DNA of 63,281 nt, filler included, from Rhabdomonas costata (Eukaryota), in assembly GCA_019059605.1 (NCBI GenBank). It is 42 parts of 42 records of this genome, joined end to end, with 100 filler letters (N's around TTAATTAATTAA, not from the genome) between each part and the next. Parts side by side here need not be neighbours in the genome. Positions count along the whole stretch, not along the records: positions 10,612 to 12,027 come from JAHMHO010016579.1; positions 12,128 to 13,543 come from JAHMHO010016580.1; positions 13,644 to 15,059 come from JAHMHO010016581.1; positions 15,160 to 16,571 come from JAHMHO010016582.1; positions 16,672 to 18,087 come from JAHMHO010016583.1; positions 18,188 to 19,603 come from JAHMHO010016584.1; positions 19,704 to 21,109 come from JAHMHO010016585.1; positions 21,210 to 22,625 come from JAHMHO010016586.1; 34 more parts are not named here. One strand, 5' to 3'. Position numbers and translations under genes: made by a program. Shown here in pieces: positions 11,677 through 24,133 of this stretch. Under the pieces are notes generated by a model. The model made no database searches and was not told the DNA's origin. It saw only the letters and a list, made by a program, of their open reading frames with translations. Position 1 is the first letter of the stretch. Each line of letters starts with the position of its first letter.

Positions 11677-12285
11677 CTGAAAGGACATATCCCCCAAGCA
11701 ACCACAAAAGAATTTTCCTAGGGGCGGATGAACACGCTGTCTCATCGCTGTCTTTGGAACCTGACTACAACCTGACTACAGAACTGTAACGAGCTCTCCG
11801 TGTATTGTTGTTGAACATGGTTTGCAAGCACAGATACTTTGACGATCATTGGGGGACAATCAGAAAAGCCTATCACCCAACCTCAAGTATTGAAAGCCTC
11901 AAATAATGTAAGCCCAGGCCAGCAAAATGGGCTTTCCTGATACTGATTACCAAAATCTCTCTCAGGCCACAAAAGACCAATGCCAGACGCCACATGGCCG
12001 CCCCAACGGCTGTGTAAAAAAACAACANNNNNNNNNNNNNNNNNNNNNNNNNNNNNNNNNNNNNNNNNNNNTTAATTAATTAANNNNNNNNNNNNNNNNN
12101 NNNNNNNNNNNNNNNNNNNNNNNNNNNGGTGGTTGGGGGGGAAAGGCGGAGCGGATGCCGTGACCCCAATTGGTAATTTCACCTCCTGTCGCCAAACCGC
12201 CCCGCCAAGGGCAAAGGCGAGCGAATATTATTCCGGATAGAAGCGCACTTTTTTTCACAGCTTTTTCCTGCTCTGGTGTGGGAAA

Positions 12286-13104
12286 ATGCTGGCTGGTGGT
12301 CTCGTTATTTTTGTGCTGGCGTTCATTTGGCCCAGCACATCCCAAGGATTCAGCTGCACTATCGACGGCGTGTTCCCCGATTCCGTGAACTGCGCCGTAT
12401 ATCACACTTGCTTCAACAAAGTCGACTACCCCAGCACGTGTGCATCACCACTGCTTTTCAATCCCTCCAAGCACTACTGCGATTGGCCTGCTAACGTCGT
12501 TTGTGGGACCACACCCATTTGCGTGCCAAACTGCGCGGGAAAGCTCTGTGGCGACGACGGTATCATGGTGTTAATTGTTCTTCTCTAGGCCAGCAACTTT
12601 CCAAAAAAAAATTTGACTTGACAACGCCCTGTGTTCTCAGCGTGCGGCGGGACTTGTGGGACCTGCCCAGCAGGCCAGTCTTGCACTCCGCAGGGCCTCT
12701 GCTCACCGGCCTTCTGTACTCCTTCGTGCAGTGGGAAGACCTGCGGTGATAATGGTTTTTGTACATGCCTCAAGTTTCGCGTTTTTGTAACACGACACCT
12801 TCGCACCTCTCTCTGTCTCTGCTTCTCGGCTTCTCTGTCTCTTGGAACCTTCGACGATGAACAATTGCTTTTGCAACCGTGACCTTCCTACCGTTGAAAA
12901 TAGTTGCGCGTCAGTCTTTCATGCCGCGCAGTCATATCCTGCCGCTCGTTTTGGCTTTTCTTTTTTATTTTTTTTGTTTTCTGCTTTTTTACTTTTTCAG
13001 GGTGCGGGGGTTCATGTGGGAGCTGCCCTAGTGGGAATACTTGCAGCCTTGGGGCTTGCGTACCCAGTTCGCCGAGTTCCGCTTTTACTTGCACCGGCAA
13101 AACG
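12286..13104 (+). CDS. Secreted chitin-binding (CBM14/peritrophin-A) protein with Cys-rich CGxDxCGGxCGxC repeats, 5' part
   Basis: Signal peptide MLAGGLVIFVLAFIW, then C..DG.FPD..NC..Y..C......TC...LLFNP....CDWP.NV.C. Exons 12286-12559, 12641-12754 and 13001-13104 join in frame. Confidence 0.88.
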
Positions 13105-13646
13105 GTAACAAACACTCCTGTCCCAAAGTCAAAAAAGGAAATGTAAGATGGAGAGCTGTTTCTGTGTGTTTGTTTGTATGGGAGGGTGTTAACTTTTCGT
13201 TATGGGTCGCTTGAGTTGCGGGTTGAAATGGAGACCCTCGCCTTGTGCATTGCTAACGAAAATATTATTAGCCCTTCACCTCAATTCAAGTCAGGCAGCG
13301 ACCAGACAGCACCATGCTGTCCGGTGTTTGCTTGTGTGATCTGCTGTTTATGTAGATGTCCGTGTTACTATTCACTTACGACGCACTTACTCAGCACGTA
13401 CTACAAGTACTTTCACACGGAAAGTGTTTATGATACAGTGAAGGGGAAGTTTACAAACAACGGAATGCGAGGGAATTACACGTGTGAGGACAAAGAACTC
13501 CCATCCAATGAAGCCCACCCTACGTTGCGTCCCCTTTTCTGCANNNNNNNNNNNNNNNNNNNNNNNNNNNNNNNNNNNNNNNNNNNNTTAATTAATTAAN
13601 NNNNNNNNNNNNNNNNNNNNNNNNNNNNNNNNNNNNNNNNNNNCCA

Positions 13647-14277
13647 GCTGCCCGACGCCGTGGTCTTCGATGCCCTGGAGGCGATCCGCAGCCGGTCCAC
13701 AATGGGTGGCGCCGAGGAGGAAGACGTGGCCTACGAGGAGTTCGTGGAGGTGTTCAAGATGCTGACTGCGCGCCAGGAAGCCCTGCTTTGCGCGGGCCAG
13801 GAGAATCCCGAAAAGGCGCTTGCGACGTTTTTTATCCGTTTTTGGGTTATAGTTTGGAAAACGTGTGGCGGACTTCCAAATAGCGCTCGGCGAACAGTAG
13901 CATCCGGTTGCCATCAAGACTTCTCGGTGCTCCGATTACCGTGGCTTCAGGAAGCTCGGAATGAACTGATTGATCCGCAGTTTGGGGTATGCCTGCCATA
14001 CCCTGCGATAGTGGTGCAAGGTAACCCTACCGCTGTCCCGTACTGGAATCCTTTTTCCTACGTTTTGCGAAAGCACCCCTCACCTCTGGCTTTGTTTTTG
14101 TTCCCTGTGAGCCCTTCCGAGGTTCCCTCCTCAGGGGGAACGGTTGGTTGCTGTGTGGCCTGTGCCCCACAGGTGGGCAGTGGGCGCCGGTGCTGCAGCT
14201 GGGTGGGGTCTGCTTTCCGTGCAGTCCGAGAGGCTGCCGGCCGTCTGCGGCGGGAGCGGCGCCACGGCGCCAACGAG
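13647..14277 (+). CDS. Unknown protein with EF-hand-like segment, two putative exons
   Basis: GC3-rich coding 13647 to ~13767 (EEEDVAYEEFVEVFKML) and exon 14173-14277 (CACAG acceptor, GTATGA donor). The first donor is ambiguous. Confidence 0.5.
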
Positions 14278-15489
14278 GTATGACGAACACTTGAGCGACG
14301 GCTTGATGTGTTTGCTTGGCCCGTCCCTTGTTGCCAGCCCAGTTAAACCCATCCCCTTCATCCCCTCCTTCTCAGGTGAGAGTGAGGTTAGAATTGCGTT
14401 CCCAGTTCCAGGGGGGTCCCTCCCTCCTCTGAGCTGTGCTGATTTGGCAGTGGCCGCGAAACATCCCAACACTCCTCTCCTTTCCTATCTCAGCTACTTC
14501 CTTCTATGCGCTTTACCCTGGCCAAGAGCACAAGAGTGGTCGGTAGTTACCGTGGCTTTACTTGACTCTCTTACGCGCATTGTCCCGTGTCGCACGAGCT
14601 TCTGTGAACCCTGAAAACCCACATTACTCTGCTTGGGGGATACTACGTATCTAACCGTCTTTGCGGCTTACTGCTGCTTCCCGTTTCCGCGTTTTCGAGG
14701 ATGGACCTGCCGCGGTATGCCACTTAAGCTGTTATATACGTTCATGTCCAAGCTCTATCTCGACTGGGACTGCATTGGGAAAAAAAGAGTGTGAAGTGTG
14801 CCAGGTAACTCAGATTGCGGAATGCCACCGCCACCGCCACCGCCTTCACCACCACCACACACATCCCGCTGTCCCTCCTTCAGTCATAGAATTTCCATTT
14901 CGGACCTTCGCCCTGCTACTCTCCGCGGTGCGAGGGCCCAAGTAGGGATGCTGTCATCGCTCTCTCTCTCTCTCTCTCTTTCCCAAAAGCGCGGATGCGA
15001 CCTTTCCCAACAGCCCAGCCCACTCACCTCCCCCCAACCAACCCACACACACCCAACACNNNNNNNNNNNNNNNNNNNNNNNNNNNNNNNNNNNNNNNNN
15101 NNNTTAATTAATTAANNNNNNNNNNNNNNNNNNNNNNNNNNNNNNNNNNNNNNNNNNNNGGTCATTATAACCCGTGGTGACTATCGTTGGAACCCGTTGG
15201 ACATCATTGGCAGCCAAAGTTAAAAACATATTACCAGTGCGTCCCAATAAACGCAGCAGCATTCAAAACAATCTCTTGACAACTCGTAAAGAGACAAGAA
15301 GAGATGAAAGTTAGCCAGGCACTGGCGCGGTCTCCGTAACGAATCATTCAAAACGAATGAGTGAGTGCGCTTGGTTCCACGCAGCCCGAATCCAAGAGCC
15401 TGGATTACCGTCGTCGGAGGAGGGGAAGATGTTAGACAAGCGGGGGAAAGGACTCACATGGTAATTCCACATCAAAGGAGAGTGTTAAC

Positions 15490-16291
15490 CTGTGAGGACG
15501 CAGCTGTGGTAGGCTCCGCAGGCCACGGCGAGGATGGGCAGCCCATGCAGGGCCTGCACCGGGGTGGGTTCGAGCAGGTTCTTGGGCTCGGGGTGCCCCA
15601 GTTGACCATCCTGCCCGTTCCCAAAGCTGTACACCTCATTGTCTGAACAGCCCCCCATTCACACAAGCAATCTTGCAAAGTTGAAACTGCAAAACACCCG
15701 CATGCAAGTCTGCTAGCCGTGGGAGCGTCCCTCGTTGTCAAGCGGAAAAAGCAACAACAACAGCAGCATCCCAGCATCCACATCGCGGCATTCATCTCAG
15801 AGAGCTGTTGAGGAAGTTGCCGTACACACTGTCTAATACACTGTCTGCTCTGGTTCTGGCTATGGGGCAGGCGCTCCAGTTGAAGCTTGAACAGAAAAAC
15901 AATGGTATGGTACACCTTTCACCATTGCACCTAACACGACGTCACAACGGAAGAGCGGCATATACAATATACTACTACGAGACTAAGAAGGCATCCGTTC
16001 GAAGAGTGAAGCGTGGTCGGCCGCATATGCCAACATCCCTTCTTAAGCCACCTCAGGAACCTGCACACAGGACTCCCACTCCCATTCACAGGAACACTCC
16101 CAACCCATTCACACACACAGGCACTCACGCCACATACTCGGTCCAGACGAGGGAGTGAAAGGCCCCCGCCGCGGCGTGCGCAACAGAGCGCCCGCACAGC
16201 AGGGGCACCGCCGTGGGCATCTCGCGGGGCCGAAGATCCCCCAGCCCCAGCTGCCCGTCACTGTTCCCGCCAAAGCTGTACAGCTCATCGT
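15490..16291 (-). CDS. RCC1-repeat protein, two repeat-sized exons
   Basis: 16291 to ~16138: DDELYSFGGNSDGQLGLGD..P..V..L....AAGAFHSLVWT. 15642-15490: NEVYSFGNGQDGQLGH..P.PV..L...AVACGAYHSCVLT. Confidence 0.9.
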
Positions 16292-16987
16292 CTGCGCGTG
16301 AGCACGGGAGCAGGACACACGCACATCGCCATTGCGCAGGGTGAACACATTGGAGTTGCAAGGCGGCTGCCTCGATCCGATTCAGCGATCCTTCTGTGGT
16401 TGCCAAAGAAGATGCGAAGGCAAGGCCGGTGCTTTTCTTTTAGATATTATTTTTTCTGCATATTTCTCCAACAAACAAATTAGAAGTTCAATAATGCTGA
16501 GGAGAAACTCCCAAAACTAGTTGGAATCACACCACAAGATGTCAACAAACACACCACATCCACAAAAAACCNNNNNNNNNNNNNNNNNNNNNNNNNNNNN
16601 NNNNNNNNNNNNNNNTTAATTAATTAANNNNNNNNNNNNNNNNNNNNNNNNNNNNNNNNNNNNNNNNNNNNGGGGTGTGGGTAGGTGAGCAAACAGAAGT
16701 TCGCTCCTGCTGTGAATAGAGTTGGCTGCGTGCAGCTCAGCCTGCCGATTTTCAACGTCAAAGTTTTTCAACGTCAACGATTTTCAACGATTTTCAGTGT
16801 CAAAACCCCTGTTGACCCAATACGAAAACCCAGCTCACCCCTTTCGTATGTCATTGATATACAAGCGAAACCCGAGGTAGGGAAAATTGTTCATGACCTC
16901 AGGTTCACTTCACTTCATTGCGCCACCCAAGAAGTGCACTCGGACTTCCTTCAGCCTTTCTCTCGATTTGCTTCGCACAGAGGGCAC

Positions 16988-18087
16988 CAGCTGAGAAGAA
17001 GAAGCCCCACTGTGTTGAGCACGGGCTCCCAGAAGTCCCCCAGCTGAGCAACAAAGGTTCCGGTGACCCAAATGCCGCTTTCCGCGGTCATTACATCTGC
17101 ACAAAGAGGAAAATAAAATGGATAAAGGATATTGCGGACAGATAATTATGGCATCAACGTCCACAACGAGGCCATTCCAGTCGATACTATTGGGTCTGTT
17201 AGTGAACTCGAGGAATAACCCACCCCCACCCCACTGACCACTCGTAATAAAATCATGACAAGAAACCAGGCGAGAGCAGAAAAAAAAAGGAAATGCTTAG
17301 AAGGCAGGCAAACGAAAACGGGATGGAAAGATGCTGCATAAGAGCAACAGGGACCTCCTCCCCCCCATCCACGTGTGTGCATCGTGGCTGCGCATACAGA
17401 GCGCAAGCACTAACACACACACACAAAAAAAAAGCAAACCCGAGAAGCCCTCCATTGCGCCTGGGCGGATCAAGCAGTGGTGAAGGTTCTCGTCGCAAGC
17501 GTGGTACACCGCGCTGGAGGCGGCAGAGAGGAGGTACACCAAGCTGTGACCGTACATCTGAGGTGAAGGCACACACAGAGGCGACGATGAAGAAAGAAGT
17601 GTCGTTGCTTTGGTGAACTGATGCATTGGTGTAGGGCACGCGTGAGAAACGTGCACTCGTTGTGTGAGTCAGAGGGGTATTGAGCTTTACGTACTTAAGA
17701 CAAAGTACATTTAATTCACATGCAAACAAAGAATCCGCTGCCCACTGCTTGTGGTGAGTTCTTCGGCCGACGCGGTGTCTGTAGTCTGCTTTTGTTGGAA
17801 GTCTGCTGAGACGGGCTACAGGCTAAAATCCAAATCGATGCCCTTCTGACCATATTCCCTTCACCAACAAACCCTGTTCGATTAACTTTTTCCGGATTCT
17901 GGGCGCACAACAACAGCATACTATGTTCGCACTCGTATTCTCCAGGCCTGCAGAAGTACATGGCCGTCCTCAACAGCAGCAAAAACTGTGCACGGGAGGT
18001 GCGGCGGAGTGGGTCGAAAAAGGGTCACACCGCCCTGCGCCAGCTGAAAGCAATCGCGGGCACGAAGGCCAAGTTGGATAGCACCAA
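16988..18087 (-). CDS. TMEM8/PGAP6 (myomaker superfamily) membrane protein, three exons
   Basis: Exon 18087-18031 LSNLAFVPAIAFSWRRA; exon 17557-17450 MYGHSLVY...SAVYHACDE..C; exon 17043-16988 LGDFW. The SN.AF / YHACD / DF motifs are in family order. Confidence 0.85.
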
Positions 18088-18189
18088 NNNNNNNNNNNNN
18101 NNNNNNNNNNNNNNNNNNNNNNNNNNNNNNNTTAATTAATTAANNNNNNNNNNNNNNNNNNNNNNNNNNNNNNNNNNNNNNNNNNNNGT

Positions 18190-18775
18190 TGGTGGGGAAT
18201 GTGAGCGGAACAGGTTTCGGGCATAGGCAAGTCCAGAAATCCAGAATGGGGAATCCTCAAGAGAGGGAGGTGGGGACAACGAAGAAACGGTGGAGGGTGG
18301 GGTTCCAAAGCTGTGTTGGCGACCGGCCTGGGCTGCCCAGCGCTGCGGGGGGGCCGTAGGCCGGAGTAGGCCCCCCGGGGGAGAGTTTTGATAGTATTGT
18401 TGGCCTGGGAAGGGGTCCCGGTTGTGTCGGACAGGGTGTCCACGACCGGTCCTGGGGGAACAGCATCAGGAGGGTTCTCCAAGATGATCGCACGCAGGGC
18501 GGCGCAAGCAGATTGAGCGAGCTGTTGCTGGTCGTCAGTTAGCGTGAAGGTTCCGAAGGCTTTCAGCAAACGCACAAAGGGCTGAAGGTGGTCGGGTACG
18601 TGATGATCCCCCGCCGGAGAGCATCGGGAGTCAGGGTTTCAGGGAGGGCCGGGGCACCCAAAGAAAAGGAGGCGAACTGCGCCTGTAGGTGTTGGAGTTG
18701 CCCAGCAAGTGAAGCCACTTGCTGGGATTATTGGGTTAACTGGATCATGAGAGTTTGGACCAGCAGGGTCCATGT
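18190..18775 (-). pseudogene. Frameshifted proline-rich ORF, possibly a decayed mobile-element ORF
   Basis: Consecutive ORF pieces in different frames (MDPAGPNS.. / ETLTPDALRRG.. / VRLLKAFGTF..) with no obvious introns. No family recognised. Confidence 0.2.
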
Positions 18776-19711
18776 GTTGGTGGGAATGTGGGAGAGGGAA
18801 GCGAGAGGGCAAAAAGGTGGCCACAAAAATATAAATGATTGCTGGAATTTGTGTGGAGTGAGATAGTGTGAAATGGGTTTGTGTTTTGACTGGGGTTGCG
18901 CAGTTGGGGTCGGAAACAGCCGTTATACCTCACAGATGATGGTCGGCTCAGGCAGAGACCTCAGTGAATACGCTGTTTTCGTATGTGGTTGGAGATGGTG
19001 GTTTGTGAAGAAGGAAGCCTGCATTATTGAATCCGTCTTTTGGAAGCCCGCAAGGGCTTCATGTATCACTCGGTCCGCATCCTTTGAAGGCATCATCGAC
19101 ACCAACACGAGCATCAACACTTCGGGTTTGATGAACACAAAAGAGGCCCCCTAATGTACACCAAGTCCAAAGAATCGTAGCAGTGGTAAAACCAAAATAA
19201 CAAAAGCAAAGCAAAGAGCCCCTCTGAGCTAGGACCGGTGACCAAGGGTCTGGAAACAGAAAGACAACACACTTCGTCGGTGGCAAGCCGAAAGGGACAT
19301 CAGCCAACTCTGAGAAAGCACGCCTGGGCTGAAACGTGACTCACGCACACTTCACATAAAACGCTTGACATTAGCACTTCTCTCCCATTACCTTGCCCTG
19401 GGACCGAATGATCAACAATGCAGAAACCCGGACAACCTGAGAACGGCCAGAAGGGCACCCGATAAGACGCGAAAACAACCACTGCAGGCTTTAAAGGAAG
19501 TTCACGGGCAATGCACAGATCCGCATAGCGTTCCTTTGGTGAACCTAGAACGAAACGTGGCACTGCCACGAAGAGGTGTAGTATTCGCGCTCCTGAGGCA
19601 CATNNNNNNNNNNNNNNNNNNNNNNNNNNNNNNNNNNNNNNNNNNNNTTAATTAATTAANNNNNNNNNNNNNNNNNNNNNNNNNNNNNNNNNNNNNNNNN
19701 NNNAGGTTTGG

Positions 19712-21080
19712 GTAGTCGCAGCCGTAGTTCCCCACCAGAACAGAAGCGGTGTTGATTCCCGTCCGGAACCTGCAGCGAAAGAGGACTCTATTTTTGCAAA
19801 GGACGCTGAGAAGACGACACCAATAAGCTAACACAGGGCCTGCGTCGCAGACGTCGCCGGGGAATCCGTCGCCGTGCAGTTCATCGGGGCAGAGGTCTCG
19901 TCACAAAGGTCAGGGGACAGCCTTTCGGGATACCTCAAACCAGAGAGATCCAAATACCGTTACGTTCCACCAACACACCTGACTTCTGGCAGGCCTGCCA
20001 ACATCCATTTGGTGCTCAGCTTCATCATGGAGGCCTGCATCCCAAGAGCCGCCCGGCACGCCGCGCCCTGGTGACCTTGCAGCCGAGTGGGCACGTTCCA
20101 CAGCGCCATGATGCAATCCCCGATAAACTGGACCCCCACCAACCCACCAGACACACAAAAAAAAACTCCAAACTCACAGAGGGATAAAACCTAAACTGGA
20201 AAATTAAAACGTCGGCCTGGCTTCAGACTTGGTCAACCGAGATCTCTCATACGTTGCCGTTAAGTGCCGTGGGTGGTGAGGGAGCAATTCCAGGGAACAA
20301 CCCGAAGCCCAGTTGCAGCCGAGATTTCCGAGAGATTTCATCAAAAGATACTGTCAGTCGAACCCAAATTGTATTGGCCCTTTATCCATGTAGAACAGTC
20401 ATGCAGATGCCCGGGAAAACGGGTAGAGGCTTCAACCGTGGGGTGAGGGTGTATGAATCGGCTACGCAGCGCCCACTCTACATAGAAAATCCCCGGGCCT
20501 GCTTAGGCGTTGCCCGCTAGAAAAGAATGCGGAGTCATAATTATAAAATCCATTGAAATTCGTATCTGAATGAAGAACTTATTGAAGATCCGAAGAATGC
20601 TTCTTTTACCTTGTCCAGAATCCCGCTTGTGGCGACAATCTCCTCGCACATCGCCTCGAAGAAGTCCGCCATCAGCCCCACCAGATCCTCAGATGGAACG
20701 GTCTCGCATAGAGAAGTAAAGCCTGGAAAGAAAAACCAGTGATCTCAAATCCGACAAAATTCTGACCCTAGCTCACATGTATTCTTGTGTCAGTCGACAT
20801 CAGTAAAAATCAGGGAACCCTGCCAAAACGATGCATCATCGAGGAGAGAGGAAAAACGGAATCCCATCATTGACGCAAGCCAACAAAAAAGGCGAATCCG
20901 ATGAAAATAATGCAATCATAGAGAAGACAAGACAAAAAGGATCCCTCGCCCATACCAACAATGTCGGTAAACATCAGGGTCACCGTCCTCCAAGTCATCA
21001 AATTCTTCTGGCTCATTGCCCCACTCAGCATCATCTTCACCACATCCCGAGGCACGAACTTCGCAAAAGCTTCCAACCCT
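19712..21080 (-). CDS. Class III adenylate cyclase catalytic domain, four exons
   Basis: Exons 21080-20956 (VTLMFTDIVG), 20722-20610 (FTSL..ILDK), 20127-19979 (FIGDCIMALWN) and 19769 to ~19712 (RTGINT..VLVGNYG). All GT-AG and in frame; substrate-specifying Lys present. Confidence 0.95.
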
Positions 21081-22170
21081 CTGATCGAGACAACAAAACA
21101 ACACCAACCNNNNNNNNNNNNNNNNNNNNNNNNNNNNNNNNNNNNNNNNNNNNTTAATTAATTAANNNNNNNNNNNNNNNNNNNNNNNNNNNNNNNNNNN
21201 NNNNNNNNNGGTGGGGGGTGAAGAAACCCCACCCCACCAGCATAGAGCAGGCGCCTAAAGTCACAGACGCCCTCAGTTCTGGAGGGAACGGGGTTTCTTC
21301 ACCCACTTCACCCACTTCACTTCCCTGATAAGCGGGTCTGGGAGAAAAGCTGGGGGTTAAAGTCCTAACCAAGAGCATAATGGCACTCAACAAAGAGCAC
21401 ACAGCAATCAACCAGCTGCTCATAGAACTCATAGAGCTCAAAGTACTCATAGAAGCACAGTACAGTGTTACGCACTGGCTCTTGCATTGAATTTCGCGGC
21501 ATTAATAATAGTCTTCTGGAATATAACATAACATTGACAACATTTGAGGTATGAAGCGAAACGTGGGGATTGGAGCAAATTTGCAAGCAGCGACTGTGAC
21601 TGGAAAGAGATCACTGAAGCCAAGCCCCTTTAACCCACCACCAGGAAATGAATTCTCCCAGCAACTTTGACCCCCTCCTCCCTCTTTCCCCGAAAGCGAA
21701 GCAGGAATTCCGAGAGTCCGACATGTACATGAACTACAAAGGTCTGACGCCGGAAAATTGTGCTCACCATTCCGGCCATCAAATCAACCCTGAATCCGGC
21801 GCAAAACCCACAACGAAACACCGTACATCAGAAAAGACGCGGTATACGCACATACCTATGGGTATATACACACACGACGAGAGGTTGCTGAAGCTGTTGA
21901 TTACCACCCCTTATGTCAGCACAAATCTGCAGAAAGTTTCCCACTGGCTACAGGAGCACGCCAAGATGCTGGGCAGCGGCAAAACAAAAAAGAAGACGAC
22001 AGAGCGCAACCATGTGGACCGACGATCACACTTGAAAAAGCACTCGAGAAACCATGTTAGCTCAGAGGCTAGGCGGAGTGAATCCGTGAACCATGTTCGG
22101 AAGTTCAGATGGGGGGCAAGCTCATTTTGCCTCACTCGCCCATTTACGCTGTTTGCTCAAACGCGGTCAC

Positions 22171-22620
22171 CTCCTCTGTGATGGGCTGCTCCTTCGAAGC
22201 TGGCTTCGCATCGAAATCATCATATAGGGCGGCGGACTCGTAGACGTCCGCAGCCACCGCCTCGCGGTTGTCCAGGCCCCCAGCCATCCCCTGCAGCAGC
22301 ACCGCCCGCTCTGCGTTGGAGCTGACGAAGTACCGCTCTGCAATGCCGTTGCGCTCCTGCTCCGCATTCACAGCAGCCACCCATTGGGCGAAGGTCAGGA
22401 CCTCCACATTGCGGGCCGTGGCGGTGTCATGGGCGGTCTGAGCCCACCGAGGAGAGCCTGTTGCCTCTAAGAAGGGACGGGTGCAGCACTCCAGGGCGGC
22501 AGCAAGGAGGGAGATTTTCGCCTGCTTTCGGTGGGTCTTCATCCGCTCGTACATCACCTTAGACTCCTCCTCCATGGCATCCTGGGCGTCCAGTGCAGCT
22601 TGTTCCCCGGCGTGCCCAAA
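22171..22620 (-). CDS. Hypothetical protein exon
   Basis: About 150 open GC3-rich codons ending at a GAG|GTGACC donor. No family recognised. Confidence 0.6.
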
Positions 22621-23385
22621 CCACCNNNNNNNNNNNNNNNNNNNNNNNNNNNNNNNNNNNNNNNNNNNNTTAATTAATTAANNNNNNNNNNNNNNNNNNN
22701 NNNNNNNNNNNNNNNNNNNNNNNNNGTGGGGTGTTGTGAAGTAGAGACTGGCAAAGTTGCGCGTTGGGAAGCGAGGGAAGGGAGAGAGGAGGGGGTTTGC
22801 GATGACTGGGTTTGCCCCGCCCAACGATCCAGCGGGACGCAGCACAGAGGTGCCAGCAAATTTCGGTGTTATTCGCCTTTTCTGGATCTGGGTTCGTGTA
22901 AACAAGCCCCCAGTAGTAACCATGTTATTACGATGGCCTTGGCGTCGAGCATCCCGCGGCGTTACAGCCAACGAAAATGCTAGCCAAACCACAACGTATT
23001 GGCTGTCGAAAAGTGTTCAACTTGTTTGTCGGGCTGCTGTAGCCAGTACTTGGCGCAACAACAACGTCTTGGTAAGGAAAAGCACTAGCGCAGAAAAATC
23101 CACAAGAAGCGAGAAGGCAGCACTTGACCAGCCGCACTTTCAATACCAAAAGACATTACACACATTTATTTTCGAAAAAAAAACTCCAGTCCTGCTCTTA
23201 AACACAGCTCCAAACAAAATCACGTCATCCAAGAAGGACACAGGCACAAGTTCCTGTGGATTAGCAGGTACTATCTCGTGCGTGTTTTGCACAGCAGTAG
23301 AATGTAAAGCCCATGCTTGCCCGCCGCTTCAAACGGCCACGAGGAGGAAGAAAGGAGAATAGGGGGGACGGCCCCCTCACTCCAC

Positions 23386-23598
23386 TCAGTAATTGCTGAA
23401 CCGAGCGCTCAAGTATCCGAGCCCTCCCCGCCGGCTGGGCCGGACCGGCGGTGGACGTGTGGCGGGGGAAGGGGTGCCCTGAAACGCCGCCTGGGGCCTC
23501 CCACGCCGCTCCTGCACGGTCGACGCCCGGGTGACTTCCCGGCGCCGGTGGGTCTCCATTTCCATCCTCACGCGGTTATTCTCTTGCCGCTCGTCGAC
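23386..23598 (-). CDS. Putative terminal exon, unknown protein
   Basis: TTGACAG acceptor followed by a GC-rich open frame VDERQENNRVRMEME... ending at TGA. Confidence 0.4.
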   Translation of the reverse strand, partial: VDERQENNRVRMEMETHRRREVTRASTVQERRGRPQAAFQGTPSPATRPPPVRPSRRGGLGYLSARFSNY

Positions 23599-24085
23599 CT
23601 GTCAAGAGGCAACCCAGAAGCACGTTTTTTGTGAAAGTATCAACAGATCATAGAATTTGGCAGTAGTTGTGGTGTGTGCAATCGCAACAGAATAATCGAA
23701 CGCACCGACACAAGTAATTACCGCCGAAATGAAACGATTATCACACTATCCACCGCTTGCCTCAAGAACTATACTATACTGCTACTTGCACCAGTTGATT
23801 GCAAGTTTGAAGTAGAGCATTCGTGGGCAGTCGAAATCGCATTTGCGATGCCCCCAAGAAACAGAAACATACCATAGGGCCCCTTCGGGGACCAAACCCC
23901 CTTGGTGGCGTCGCGAACGTGGCGCTGTTGTCACGAGGTGCTCTGAAAACAGCACAACAAGGAGCGGAAGATAGGATGGCCAAAAACAAAAAACTGAAAA
24001 TTTCGGCGCACGTGCATTATGGGGACCCCCATAAATGCAACCTGCTTCGTTTTCCCCTACTGTTCCAATTCTACACAATCGGACA

Positions 24086-24133
24086 GGTGGAAACCCTGGT
24101 GGAAACCCTGGTGGAAAAGCTTGGTGGAAACCC
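24086..24133. repeat. Short tandem repeat GGTGGAAACCCT, ~4 copies
   Basis: Visible 12-13 nt units near the contig end. Confidence 0.8.
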
